Part shown: one piece after another, positions 27,672-36,775 of the stretch
Layout: each line of letters opens with the position of its first letter
How positions within the stretch are numbered: the stretch's first letter is position 1
Source of the DNA: Thermoplasmata archaeon
GTDB lineage: Archaea; Thermoplasmatota; Thermoplasmata; Lutacidiplasmatales; UBA184
DNA: 64,000 bases
Direction: 5' to 3'
Assembly: GCA_035945215.1 (NCBI GenBank)
Contig: DASZAJ010000007.1
Span: 7,264-71,263 of the forward strand
Made by a program: the position numbers and the translations under genes
The notes under the pieces: model-generated
Databases searched by the model: none
Seen by the model: only the letters and a program-made list of their open reading frames with translations
What the model was told of the DNA's origin: nothing

Positions 27672-28708
27672 ACGGATTCGGCTTTCAGGAGCACGGAGGG
27701 CTCGAAGGGACGGGCTTCGTCTCCATCCCGGAGCCGGTCCCCGGGCCGGGCGAGATCCGCGTTCGGATCCGTGCGGCCGCGTTCAACCACCTCGATCAGT
27801 TCACCCTTCAAGGAATTCCCGGCGTGTCGATCGAACGGCCCCACGTTCTGGGGTCCGATGGGGCCGGGGTGATCGATCGCCTCGGGCCCGGGCTCGACGG
27901 CCCCCCCGTGGGGACCGCCGTCCTGCTGAACCCCGGGATCTGGGACGGGACGTGCGAGGCTTGCCGAAGGGGCCAGGAGTCGTACTGCCGCGCCTATCGG
28001 ATCCTCGGGGAGCATACGCAAGGCACTGCCACTGAGCTCGTGGTCGTGCCCGCCCGCAACGTCCACCCCATCCCGGCGGGACTTTCCTTCGAACAGGCGG
28101 CCTCGGTGCCCTTGGTCTTCCAGACGGCTTGGCGGGCGCTTTGTACCGTGGGCCAGCTTTCGGCCGGTGAGACCTGCGCGATCATCGGGGCGGGGGGAGG
28201 GGTGGCGACCGCGGCGGTTCAGATCGCCCAGCGTTCCGGGGCCCGGGTGGTCGTGGCGGCCCGTTCGGATCGCCATGCCGAACGGGTTCGGGCCCTCGGC
28301 GCGGAAGAACTGCTCGTCTTCAGCCCCGAAGTTCCTCTCGACCGCCTCCTTTGGCAGTGGAGCGGCAAGCGAGGGGTCGACGTGATCTTCGACTCGGTCG
28401 GCCAGCCCACCGTCCCGCGATCGGTTCAAGCCCTTGCCCGGGGGGGCCGGCTGGTGGTCATCGGGGCAACCGCCGGCCCCAAGGTCGAGATCGATCTTCG
28501 CACCCTGTTCTGGCGCCAAGCCTCCATCCGGGGCAGCACGATGGCCGATCCCCGGGAGTTCGCTCAGGTGCTCGAGCAGATCGCCCTGGGCTCGCTCCAT
28601 CCCGTCATCGATTCGACGTACCCGTTCGAGCGCGCCCGGGAGGCGTTCGAGCGGTCCTGCGCGCCGGGCCTGTTCGGAAAGGTCGTGGTCAGCGCCCCGG
28701 TCCCGTGA
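27668..28708 (+). CDS. zinc-type alcohol dehydrogenase / quinone oxidoreductase (MDR superfamily); start uncertain (no ATG)
   Basis: Motifs: GPGEIRVRIRAAAFNHLD, the GSDGAGV catalytic region, GETCAIIGAGGGVATAAVQIA (Rossmann) and C-x2-C-x2-C (CEACRRGQESYC). It follows the cysS stop directly. CTG 27668 is only a guess for the start. Confidence 0.7.
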   Translation: MNGFGFQEHGGLEGTGFVSIPEPVPGPGEIRVRIRAAAFNHLDQFTLQGIPGVSIERPHVLGSDGAGVIDRLGPGLDGPPVGTAVLLNPGIWDGTCEACRRGQESYCRAYRILGEHTQGTATELVVVPARNVHPIPAGLSFEQAASVPLVFQTAWRALCTVGQLSAGETCAIIGAGGGVATAAVQIAQRSGARVVVAARSDRHAERVRALGAEELLVFSPEVPLDRLLWQWSGKRGVDVIFDSVGQPTVPRSVQALARGGRLVVIGATAGPKVEIDLRTLFWRQASIRGSTMADPREFAQVLEQIALGSLHPVIDSTYPFERAREAFERSCAPGLFGKVVVSAPVP

Positions 28709-28763
28709 GGGGAACTCGGCGCACCCGGAACGGTACGAACTCTCGAGATTGGCGCGGCCATCA

Positions 28764-28772
28764 TTTTTATAC
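28764..28772 (+). promoter_or_regulatory. TATA box (TTTTTATAC) about 27 nt upstream of the GTG start of the giant surface-protein gene
   Basis: It is a clear AT-rich box in a GC-rich spacer, and the spacing suits a leaderless transcript. Confidence 0.5.
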
Positions 28773-28794
28773 CGGGACCACACCATTTGCGAAC

Positions 28795-31700
28795 GTGAAC
28801 CGCTCTCATGGCAACCCTTGGGCCCCCCAAGGCGATGGGAACCGCCGCGAACGATCCCCCCATGTGTTTCTGCTCGGTCTGCTCCTCCTGATCACCGTAC
28901 TCGGGGCCCTCACGGTCCTGGGGGCGGGCCGGACCATCGCGATCGCCCCCTCCCACCTGGCCGCGCCTTCGTCCCCCGCCCATCCGACGCCCATGGCGAC
29001 GACCCAGTACGGGGGGGACCTCACCGTGCCCTCCGGGGTCAACCTGACCTTGGGACCGGCGACCGGTCGGCTGACGTACTACGAGGGGGGCAACCTCACC
29101 GTCGCCGCCGGCGGGACCCTGAATGTCCGCAATACCACGATCGTCTTCGTCGAATTCATCGGCAACGGAGGCTCCGTGGCGAGCCAGCTCTCCCACATCT
29201 ACCACCTCCTCGACGCCGGCACGATGGTCCTGACCAACTCGTCGATCACCACCCTCGTGACCCAGATCGATCCCTATCCGATCCTCACCGTGACCATCAC
29301 CGGATCGTTCCAGATGACCAACGGAGCGCTCGCCTTCCCCGGGTCGATCACCGTCAACGGGAGCTCGGCGAGCCTCTGGCTTTCCCATAGCACGGTCGGA
29401 CGCAATCCCGCGACGAGCGCCCTCGTGGGCAACGCGAGTTCGAACTCGTCCACGCCCGCCTCGAAGGCGTTCGGGGCCGACGTCGCGTACGCGCCGGTCC
29501 TCAGCGTGATCGGGGGGGGCCAGGCCACCTTCCTCGCCTCGTTGCTGAACAACTCCTTCCGAGACCCGCTGAACGGGTCGACTCTGCCCGGGGTCCCCCC
29601 GAGCACCGCCAGTCCAACGCCCGGTAACGCTGTACTGGGGGGCACCGCGCCCGCCCCGCTCGTCCTGCCGCCCCCGGGTAACTCCTCGGACGCGCTCGCG
29701 CTCGCGGCGGCCTACCCTACGGTCGCCTCCGGTAGCCTGAGCATCTCGTACAACTCCACCGCGGCTTCCACCACGTCCAACTCCCGGATCGTGATCGGCC
29801 CGAACTCCTGGACTTTCAGCCCGATCCACTTCGCGGCCTCGACCGGCACCACCAGCGTGGATGCGCCGGTCCCGGCGGCGGCGATCGCGTCGATCGACCA
29901 GGGGGGGGTCCCCGCCTTCCTCGCCGCCCTGGGATCGGGCCAGGTCGCGATCGCCTTCGGAACCGCGTCGACCCCCACCACGATCCACTCCGTGACCCTG
30001 AGCTTCGTCGCCCCGTGGAGCTTCAACCTGACCGTCTCGGGTTCGGGGAGCACCCTGACCGCCGCGGACACCACGTTCGATGAGAACTGGAACGCGACCC
30101 CGGGGCTGCCCGGCACCCTCCCCTACGTACCCTGGCATTCGAACAAAATCGTGCTCACGGGCGGCGCCCGGGCGTTCCTCGCCAACGTTTCGGTACCCCC
30201 CGCCGCGCCCGTCAACTTCGCCCACCAGTCCTTCGTCGTCCCCGACGCCACGAGCTCGGCGGCGTTCTACCGGTGGCTCAACGTTCCGGTCCGCGGCGCC
30301 CAGGGGATCATCGTCCAGGGGGCGACGGTCCAGGCCCCCTACGCTTATTCGGGCGCCACGAGCGAGAATGCGACCGTCTCCGCGCTCAACGGGCTCTCCA
30401 CGGCCGACCCGAGCCTCGCCGCCTACGTGGCGGCCTGGGACCGGGCCGCGGGCGTGGCGAACTACGGCGAGGTCGATGCCTCGGGGAACGCGAGCCTCCT
30501 GCTCGCCTCCGACCAGCTTACGAATGCCTCCTTGCCCGACGGGAACTTCCTGGGCAGCTACCACGTCGGCGTCACGGCCAACCCGGGGAGCCAGGGGATC
30601 ACCCAATGGTTCTACGCGTCGCTCCCGGCGTACCCTTCCGAGATGCAGCCGACGGGGCCGAACGCCACGGGGCCAATTCCCACGTCCTACGTGATCTTCC
30701 CGCAGTACCGCGTGTCGGTAATCGCGGGTTCCCCGACGTTCGCCATCGGCGCCACGCCCGTCACGAACGGATCGACCGCCATCGGCGAGAACCTGAGCGT
30801 GATCGAGAACGTCCAGAGCACCGGCACCGGGACCGTGTCGAGCTTCACGGCGACGCTCTTGCTCTCGGCGGCGGGCAAGCCCCCCGTGCAGATCGGCCGC
30901 CCACAGGTCTACGGTCCCCTGGCGCCCGGGGCGAGCCACCCGGTCCGCTTCGACTGGATCGTCAACGGGAGCCTTGTTGGGTACGCGACCGGCGGGGTCC
31001 TGAGCACTTTCACCGTCGTCATCAATTGGAGCCCCGGGGCCGGCGCGGCGAGCGCCGCGCAGAGTCTGACGATCTATCCCCCGTACATCGCCTTCAGCAC
31101 GACGGGCCCCTCGGGGACGCTTACGATCGGCAATAGCTACCTATTGCACGCCTTTGTGAGCTACGCCGGGAACGGCTCGGCGCAGCTCAACATCACGGCG
31201 CGTTCCTCGACGGGCGGATTCCTGCAGATCGCCAGCGGTCGGGTCATTTCGGGCGGGGAGACGAACGTCAGCGTCCTCATCGAGAGCTCCGCCGTGCCGG
31301 GGACGTATACCCTCTACGCGAGCGTCTTCCACGACGGTCGGACCGTTCACTACAACGTCACGAACGCCTTCATCATCCCGTCGACGGCGCCCCCGACCAC
31401 GACGCCCTGGTACGACCAATCGTTCCTCGGCCTTGCGCTGTGGCTGTGGCTCGTGATCGCCGCCGCCATCGCCGCGGGGATCGTCTTGTTCCTGTTCGTG
31501 TCGGTCCAGAAGGCCAAGGGCAAGGTCGTCGAGTGCGGCGAGTGCGGGGCGATGATCCCGGAGACCGCCGTCGCCTGCCCCGAGTGCGGCGCCGAGTTCG
31601 AGTCGGACCGAGTCCGCTGCAGCCGATGCGGATCGACGATCCCGGGCAACTCGGCGGTCTGCCCGGAGTGCGCCGCAACGCTGTTGGGCCGCGCCGGCGA

Positions 31701-32145
31701 GGAGAAGGACGATCCGGAGCGGCAGGGCTACGCTGACTTCGTCGAGCGGTTCCGGGCCGAGGGCCGCAAGGCGCTGGGCGACAGCTATTCCGAGAGCGCC
31801 TTCTGGGACTGGTGGAAGCGCCAGTCGACGTACGTTCCGTTCGGCCAGTGGAAGATGCAGCAGGCCCAAGGCTCCCGGGCCGGCATGAGCGCGCCCCGGG
31901 AGACCGCTACGAAGGAGGAGACCCCGCCGCCGGGTCGGGGCACCCCGCCCCGTCGTCCTCCCGCGGCGCGCCCGCCGCCCGCCGCAGCCCCCGCGCGCCC
32001 GGCGACCCCGCCGCCCGCGGCCGTCGAGCCGGCGGCCCCGGCGGCGGCCCCCGCCGATAGCGGGATGATCACCTGTTCGAACTGTCACAAGGAGATCCCC
32101 GCGACCTATCTGGTCTGTCCGTTCTGCGGGGCGGTCACCCAATAG
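28795..32145 (+). CDS. giant membrane-anchored surface glycoprotein with beta-helix-like repeats and three cytoplasmic zinc ribbons
   Basis: I place the start at in-frame GTG 28795, which gives a signal peptide (VNRSHGNPWAPQGDGNRRERSPH-VFLLGLLLLITVLGALTVLGAGRTIAIA). About 900 aa are Thr/Ser/Asn/Gly-rich, with tens of NxS/T sequons and repeated G-N-LT-V motifs. A single TM helix follows (LALWLWLVIAAAIAAGIVLFLFV). The cytoplasmic tail has three zinc ribbons (CGECG...CPECG; CSRCG...CPEC; CSNCH...CPFCG) and a Pro/Ala-rich linker. The track ORF start at 28351 would overlap the upstream ADH. Confidence 0.7.
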   Translation: MNRSHGNPWAPQGDGNRRERSPHVFLLGLLLLITVLGALTVLGAGRTIAIAPSHLAAPSSPAHPTPMATTQYGGDLTVPSGVNLTLGPATGRLTYYEGGNLTVAAGGTLNVRNTTIVFVEFIGNGGSVASQLSHIYHLLDAGTMVLTNSSITTLVTQIDPYPILTVTITGSFQMTNGALAFPGSITVNGSSASLWLSHSTVGRNPATSALVGNASSNSSTPASKAFGADVAYAPVLSVIGGGQATFLASLLNNSFRDPLNGSTLPGVPPSTASPTPGNAVLGGTAPAPLVLPPPGNSSDALALAAAYPTVASGSLSISYNSTAASTTSNSRIVIGPNSWTFSPIHFAASTGTTSVDAPVPAAAIASIDQGGVPAFLAALGSGQVAIAFGTASTPTTIHSVTLSFVAPWSFNLTVSGSGSTLTAADTTFDENWNATPGLPGTLPYVPWHSNKIVLTGGARAFLANVSVPPAAPVNFAHQSFVVPDATSSAAFYRWLNVPVRGAQGIIVQGATVQAPYAYSGATSENATVSALNGLSTADPSLAAYVAAWDRAAGVANYGEVDASGNASLLLASDQLTNASLPDGNFLGSYHVGVTANPGSQGITQWFYASLPAYPSEMQPTGPNATGPIPTSYVIFPQYRVSVIAGSPTFAIGATPVTNGSTAIGENLSVIENVQSTGTGTVSSFTATLLLSAAGKPPVQIGRPQVYGPLAPGASHPVRFDWIVNGSLVGYATGGVLSTFTVVINWSPGAGAASAAQSLTIYPPYIAFSTTGPSGTLTIGNSYLLHAFVSYAGNGSAQLNITARSSTGGFLQIASGRVISGGETNVSVLIESSAVPGTYTLYASVFHDGRTVHYNVTNAFIIPSTAPPTTTPWYDQSFLGLALWLWLVIAAAIAAGIVLFLFVSVQKAKGKVVECGECGAMIPETAVACPECGAEFESDRVRCSRCGSTIPGNSAVCPECAATLLGRAGEEKDDPERQGYADFVERFRAEGRKALGDSYSESAFWDWWKRQSTYVPFGQWKMQQAQGSRAGMSAPRETATKEETPPPGRGTPPRRPPAARPPPAAAPARPATPPPAAVEPAAPAAAPADSGMITCSNCHKEIPATYLVCPFCGAVTQ

Positions 32146-32214
32146 GCCGCGCCGGTCCGCCGGGCGCCCCAACCGATTTATCCCCGGCCGGGCCCTCGAG
32201 GGGCCGGGCGCAGG

Positions 32215-33447
32215 ATGGTAGGGGACGGGACCGTCGGGCGACTCAAGGTCGATTGGGCCCGTGCCCACATGCCGGTCCTCGAAGGGATCCGGGCCCGGTT
32301 CCAGTCCGAACGGCCGTTCGCCGGCCTGACCTTATCGCTCGTCCTTCATGTCGAGGCGAAGACCGCGGCGCTCGCGCTGGCGCTCCAGGCCGGCGGGGGC
32401 GAGGTCCACGTGGCCGCCGGGAACCCGCTGTCCACCGATGACGACGCCGTCGCGGCCCTCATCGCCGAAGGCGTGGATGCCCACGCCCGCAAGGGCGAGA
32501 CGGTCGCCGAGTACCGGACCGGGGTCCGCGCGATGCTCGAGGCGGACCCGGACGTGATCGTCGACGACGGCGCCGACCTCGTCGCGCTCGCCCATACGGA
32601 GCGGCCCGACCGCGGGTCGATCCGGGGTTCGACGGAGGAGACGACGACGGGGGTCACCCGGTTACGGGCCCTCGAGAAGGCCGGCCGTCTGAGATTCCCG
32701 GCGATCGATGTGAACGACGCGCGGATGAAACACCTGTTCGACAACCGCTACGGCTGCGGCCAGTCGGTCCTCGACGGGCTCTTCGGCGCAACGAACCTGC
32801 TCATCGCCGGTCGAGTGGCCGTGGTCGCCGGCTACGGCTGGTCGGGCCAGGGGATCGCGACCCGGCTCCGGGGCCTGGGGGCCGAGGTCATCGTGACCGA
32901 GGTCGATCCCGTCCGCGCCCTCGAGGCCCGCCTCGAAGGGTTCCAGGTCCGGTCGATGCTCGATGCGGCCCCGGTCGCCGACCTCATCGTCACGGCGACC
33001 GGGAACCGCGACGTGGTCCGGACCGAGCATTTGCGCGTGCTCAAGGACGGCTGCCTGCTCGCCAATGCCGGCCACTTCGACGTGGAGGTCTCCCGGCCCG
33101 ATCTCGAGGGCCTCGCGGTGGAGCATCGACGGGTTCGGCCGCTGGTCGAGGAGTACCGGTTCGCCGATGGCCGCCGCGCCTACCTCATCGCCGAGGGGCG
33201 GCTCGTCAACCTGGCGGCCGGGCAAGGCCATCCCGTCGAGATCATGGACCTGAGCTTCGCGCTCCAGGCGCTGTGCGCCGAGCGGATCGCACAGCACGGG
33301 CTGCGCCTACCGGCCCAGGTCCTGCCCGTCCCGGAGGAGATCGATCTCGCGGTGGCCCGCGCCGCCCTCGCCCCGATGGGCGCCACGGTCGACGACCTCA
33401 CCGAGGGGCAACGTAAGTACGCCGAGAGCTGGGAGGGGGGGACATGA
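32215..33447 (+). CDS. ahcY: S-adenosyl-L-homocysteine hydrolase
   Basis: Motifs: NRYGCGQS, GYGWSGQGIA (NAD Rossmann) and HFDVE. 410 aa. A TATA-like gatttatc lies about 35 nt upstream. Confidence 0.9.
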   Translation: MVGDGTVGRLKVDWARAHMPVLEGIRARFQSERPFAGLTLSLVLHVEAKTAALALALQAGGGEVHVAAGNPLSTDDDAVAALIAEGVDAHARKGETVAEYRTGVRAMLEADPDVIVDDGADLVALAHTERPDRGSIRGSTEETTTGVTRLRALEKAGRLRFPAIDVNDARMKHLFDNRYGCGQSVLDGLFGATNLLIAGRVAVVAGYGWSGQGIATRLRGLGAEVIVTEVDPVRALEARLEGFQVRSMLDAAPVADLIVTATGNRDVVRTEHLRVLKDGCLLANAGHFDVEVSRPDLEGLAVEHRRVRPLVEEYRFADGRRAYLIAEGRLVNLAAGQGHPVEIMDLSFALQALCAERIAQHGLRLPAQVLPVPEEIDLAVARAALAPMGATVDDLTEGQRKYAESWEGGT

Positions 33448-33842
33448 GCGCGACGCCGACGGATCGACGGTACACCTCGAGCCACGAATGGGTCCGGGTC
33501 GACGGCCCGGATCTCGTCGTGGGGATCACCGACCATGCCCAGTCGGAGCTGACGGACATCGTGTTCGTCGACCTCCCGAAGCCCGGGCGAACGGTCCGCC
33601 GCGGGGAGTCGGTTTTGGTCCTCGAATCCGTGAAGACCGTGGCGGACGTCTACGCACCGGCCGACGGGACGATCGGGGCCGTGAACGAATCGCTCAAGAC
33701 GACGCCGGGCCAGGTGAACCAGGACCCGTTCGGCGCCGGCTGGATCTACCGATTGACGCCGGCGGGCCCGTTCGACCCGCAGGCCCTGCTCTCGGCCGAG
33801 CAGTACGACGCCCTGGTCGCCGGCGGCCCGCCGCCGCACTAG
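33444..33842 (+). CDS. gcvH: glycine cleavage system H protein (lipoyl carrier)
   Basis: It has YTSSHEWVRVDG and the lipoyl-Lys region ESVKTVADVYAPADG. It shares an ATGA start/stop overlap with ahcY. Confidence 0.85.
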   Translation: MSATPTDRRYTSSHEWVRVDGPDLVVGITDHAQSELTDIVFVDLPKPGRTVRRGESVLVLESVKTVADVYAPADGTIGAVNESLKTTPGQVNQDPFGAGWIYRLTPAGPFDPQALLSAEQYDALVAGGPPPH

Positions 33843-33856
33843 CGGGCCCGCCCCGC

Positions 33857-35812
33857 CTAGCGCCCCTCGAACTTCGGGGGGCGTCGCTCTCGGAACGCTC
33901 GCATCCCCTCGGTGCGGTCCGCGGTCGCGAAGGTGTGGGCCGCCGACTCCCCCTCGAGCCGCAGCGCGGTCTCCAGGGGCGCGTCGGCGCCGCGGTTGAT
34001 GACCGATTTCACCCAGGCGAGGGCGAGCGGCGCCCGAGCGGCGATCTGGGTGGCCAGGGCTTGCACTTCCTGCCGACCGGTCTCGGGGGCGACGGTCCGC
34101 GCGACCAGGCCGATCTCGAGGGCCTCGGTCGCCGGGATCGGCTCGGCGGAGAAGATCAGGAGCTTCGCGCGCCCCGCCCCGATGAGGCGCGTCAGGCGGC
34201 TCGCGCCCCCGAAGCCCGGATGAATGCCTACCGTGGCCTCGGGCAGGCCCAAGCGGGCGGAGTTCGCCGCGATGATGAAGTCGGCGGCGAGCGCGAGCTC
34301 CAGGCCGCCGCCGAGGGCATAGCCCTCGACGAAGGCGAGGACCGGCGCCTTGAACTCCTCGATGCGTCGGCACACCGCCTGGCCGGCGAACCCGAATCGG
34401 CGGCCCTCGGCGAGGTCCTTGCCCTCCATCTCGCCGATATCCGCCCCCGCGGCGAACACCGGGGAGGAACCGCTGAGGACCACGCACCGCACGGTCGGAT
34501 CCGCCTCGAGCGTGCGGAACGACCGATCGAGATCGGACAGGAGGTCGGAGTTCAGCGAGTTCAGCACCTCGGGGCGATCGAGCAGGACCCAGTCGACCGG
34601 ACCCCGACGCTCCACCCGGACGAAGGTGAGCGGCCACTTCGCCTCGCCGCGCGCGGCCCGTTCGATCAGGGTGGGGGCGATCGGGAAGGCGCCCGCCCAT
34701 CGTCCGGCGTACGCTTCGACGAGACGGCGACCCTCGGCGAGTCCGATCTCGTTGAGGAGGGTGAACGGCCCCTTCGCCCAGCGCAGCCCGACGGTCGCGC
34801 CCCGGTCGGTCGCCTCAGCGGAGGCGACCCCCTCTTCCACGAGCTGGGTGGCGATCCCGAAGACCAAGCCGAGCAGACGCGCCCGCACGCTCTCCTCCTT
34901 GGCCGGCTCCACCGAGCTGTCCCGCCAGGGCCACGGTTGGCCGGAGCGGAACTGGGCTTCGAGGGATCCAGCGGGGGCATACGACGCCCCGAAGGCGCCC
35001 GCCAGGGACGTCTCGGAATGGAAGGCGATGGGGATCCCCGTGACGTTCATGAGCTCGAACGGACCCAGCGTCGCCCCAAAGGTCCGCCGACCGACCTCCT
35101 CGATCGTCGCGAGGCTGGCCACGTTCTCTTCCGAGAGCCGCGCCGCCTCGTTCAGGTAGGGCACGAAGAACCGATTGACGGCGAATCCCGCGGAATCCCG
35201 GACCCGGATGGGCACCTTCCTCAGCCGATAGCCGAACCGCTCGAGCTCCTCGAGGGTGGCCGCATCGGTCCGCGCCCCACCGATGACCTCGAGCAGCTTG
35301 TTGATCGCCGCCGGAAAGAAAAAATGCAGGCCGGCGAACCGCCCGGGGTCCGGGAACCCCTCGGCCAGTCGAGTGACCGAAAGGCTCGACGTATTCGTCG
35401 CCACGATCGCCTCGGGCGACGCCCGCTCGCCGACCTCGCGGAACAGGGGCCGCTTGACGGCCTCCTCCTCGAAGACGGCCTCAATGACGAGGGCGGCGTC
35501 GTGCACGGCCTCCCCGACGTCCCGGGTCCAGACGATGCGCGACAGGATATCGTCGCGCCGGGACTCCGTGAGTTTCTTGCGCTGGATCCCCCCGGCCAGC
35601 GTCTTCTCGACGAGACCCCGCCCGCGGGCGAGCATTGCATCATCGACGTCCCGAACCCGTACGGCGAAACCCGCTTGGGCGCAGGCTTGGGCGATCCCGC
35701 TGCCCATGTTGCCGGCCCCCAAGACCGCCACCGGACCGGCGGCCCCGATCGTTCGCGAAGGCACCGTTCGTCCCCGTCCGGCGGGCGCGAACCCGGACCG
35801 GGATAAAGTCAT
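33857..35812 (-). CDS. bifunctional 3-hydroxyacyl-CoA dehydrogenase / enoyl-CoA hydratase (FadB-like)
   Basis: The gene starts at ATG 35812 (MTLSRSG). The N-terminal NAD-binding motif is VAVLGAGNMGSGIAQ. The C-terminal crotonase-fold region is VLSGSSPVFAAGADIGEM. The upstream extension in the track ORF is Arg-rich. Confidence 0.8.
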   Translation of the reverse strand: MTLSRSGFAPAGRGRTVPSRTIGAAGPVAVLGAGNMGSGIAQACAQAGFAVRVRDVDDAMLARGRGLVEKTLAGGIQRKKLTESRRDDILSRIVWTRDVGEAVHDAALVIEAVFEEEAVKRPLFREVGERASPEAIVATNTSSLSVTRLAEGFPDPGRFAGLHFFFPAAINKLLEVIGGARTDAATLEELERFGYRLRKVPIRVRDSAGFAVNRFFVPYLNEAARLSEENVASLATIEEVGRRTFGATLGPFELMNVTGIPIAFHSETSLAGAFGASYAPAGSLEAQFRSGQPWPWRDSSVEPAKEESVRARLLGLVFGIATQLVEEGVASAEATDRGATVGLRWAKGPFTLLNEIGLAEGRRLVEAYAGRWAGAFPIAPTLIERAARGEAKWPLTFVRVERRGPVDWVLLDRPEVLNSLNSDLLSDLDRSFRTLEADPTVRCVVLSGSSPVFAAGADIGEMEGKDLAEGRRFGFAGQAVCRRIEEFKAPVLAFVEGYALGGGLELALAADFIIAANSARLGLPEATVGIHPGFGGASRLTRLIGAGRAKLLIFSAEPIPATEALEIGLVARTVAPETGRQEVQALATQIAARAPLALAWVKSVINRGADAPLETALRLEGESAAHTFATADRTEGMRAFRERRPPKFEGR

Positions 35813-35915
35813 GTCGACAGGGTCAGGCCGGGGCGGACGGCGATCGCCGCGGGACCGCGCCACCCGGCTATCCGGTGGCCGAACGCGAGATAAGCCGCAG
35901 CGGGTCCTGCGCCGC

Positions 35916-36767
35916 GTGGACGCTTCCGCTCCCCTCGATCGCTCCGAGCGTGTGCTCTCGGCCGAGCGGGCGTTCATCCTCGCTCTTGGGGGCTTCTCGT
36001 TGGGGATCTCGGGGGCGGAGCTGGTCACCCACGAGCGGATTCCGGCGCCTCGGTTCAACTACGCGGTCGTCGGAACGGTCGGGCCCGAGCGGCAGGCCGC
36101 GTTCTTCGAGCGGACGCTCGACCACTACTTCCAAAGGGCGTTGCGGCCGGTGATCCTCACCCGCCGGCCGCCTCCGCCCCATATCGACGCGGGTCTGCGG
36201 CGGTTCGGCTTCACGCTCGCGCCCGATCCGGTCGTCCTTCTGGAGGCGGCCCGGCCCCCGGGGGGCATCGAGGATTCCGGGGCGTTCCAAGTCCAGGAAG
36301 TGCCGCCCGAGGAGCTCGACCGGATCGGCGCCTTCTGGGGCCGACCGGAGGAGCGCGCGGAGCTAGTGCGGTCCCTCGAGGTCCTCGCCCACCATCCGAA
36401 TCCGGGGGAGTCGTTCGTCCCATTGGCCGCGCAGCGCGCGGGTCGGGACGTCGCCTCCGGGATCGTATACTCGGACGGGAAGACGGCCGGCGTGCACGCC
36501 GTCGGCACGGCGGCCACCGATCGAGGTCTCGGCGCGGCGAGCGCGATCGTGCGCCATGCCCTCCTCCACGCGTTCCCCGACCGGGTGGCGACCGTCGGGA
36601 TGCTGGTCCGGGGCCCCCGGCCCGTTGTACGTCTAGCGAGCCTCGGGTTCGAGCCAGTCGGCGAGCGGGCCGAATTCGTACTGCCCCCCGAGGTGGACCT
36701 ACGGCTTCCGGCCGCCGGACCCCCGGCGCCGCCCCGGTGGCGACCCCCCCGGCACCGGCCGCAGTGA
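35916..36767 (+). CDS. GNAT-family N-acetyltransferase (start uncertain, GTG)
   Basis: The GNAT motif A-like region is GVHAVGTAATDRGLGAASAIV, and the downstream composition is consistent. The start is placed downstream of the divergent fadB start. Confidence 0.45.
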   Translation: MDASAPLDRSERVLSAERAFILALGGFSLGISGAELVTHERIPAPRFNYAVVGTVGPERQAAFFERTLDHYFQRALRPVILTRRPPPPHIDAGLRRFGFTLAPDPVVLLEAARPPGGIEDSGAFQVQEVPPEELDRIGAFWGRPEERAELVRSLEVLAHHPNPGESFVPLAAQRAGRDVASGIVYSDGKTAGVHAVGTAATDRGLGAASAIVRHALLHAFPDRVATVGMLVRGPRPVVRLASLGFEPVGERAEFVLPPEVDLRLPAAGPPAPPRWRPPRHRPQ

Positions 36768-36775
36768 GCCTTCGT

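Noticed and set aside
28351-28794. N-terminal 148 aa of the track ORF for the giant protein
   Set aside because: It overlaps the ADH gene and is Arg/Gly-rich. An in-frame GTG at 28795, preceded by a TATA box, yields a proper signal peptide.
28564-30939. 791-aa antisense ORF inside the giant gene
   Set aside because: Arg/Gly/Asp-rich artefact.
33180-35806. 506-aa and 772-aa ORFs overlapping ahcY/gcvH/fadB
   Set aside because: Low-complexity artefacts.
35811-35915. Plus-strand ATG at 35811 as the start of the GNAT gene
   Set aside because: It would put divergent start codons back to back with the fadB ATG at 35812. The downstream GTG 35916 is more plausible, though not proven.
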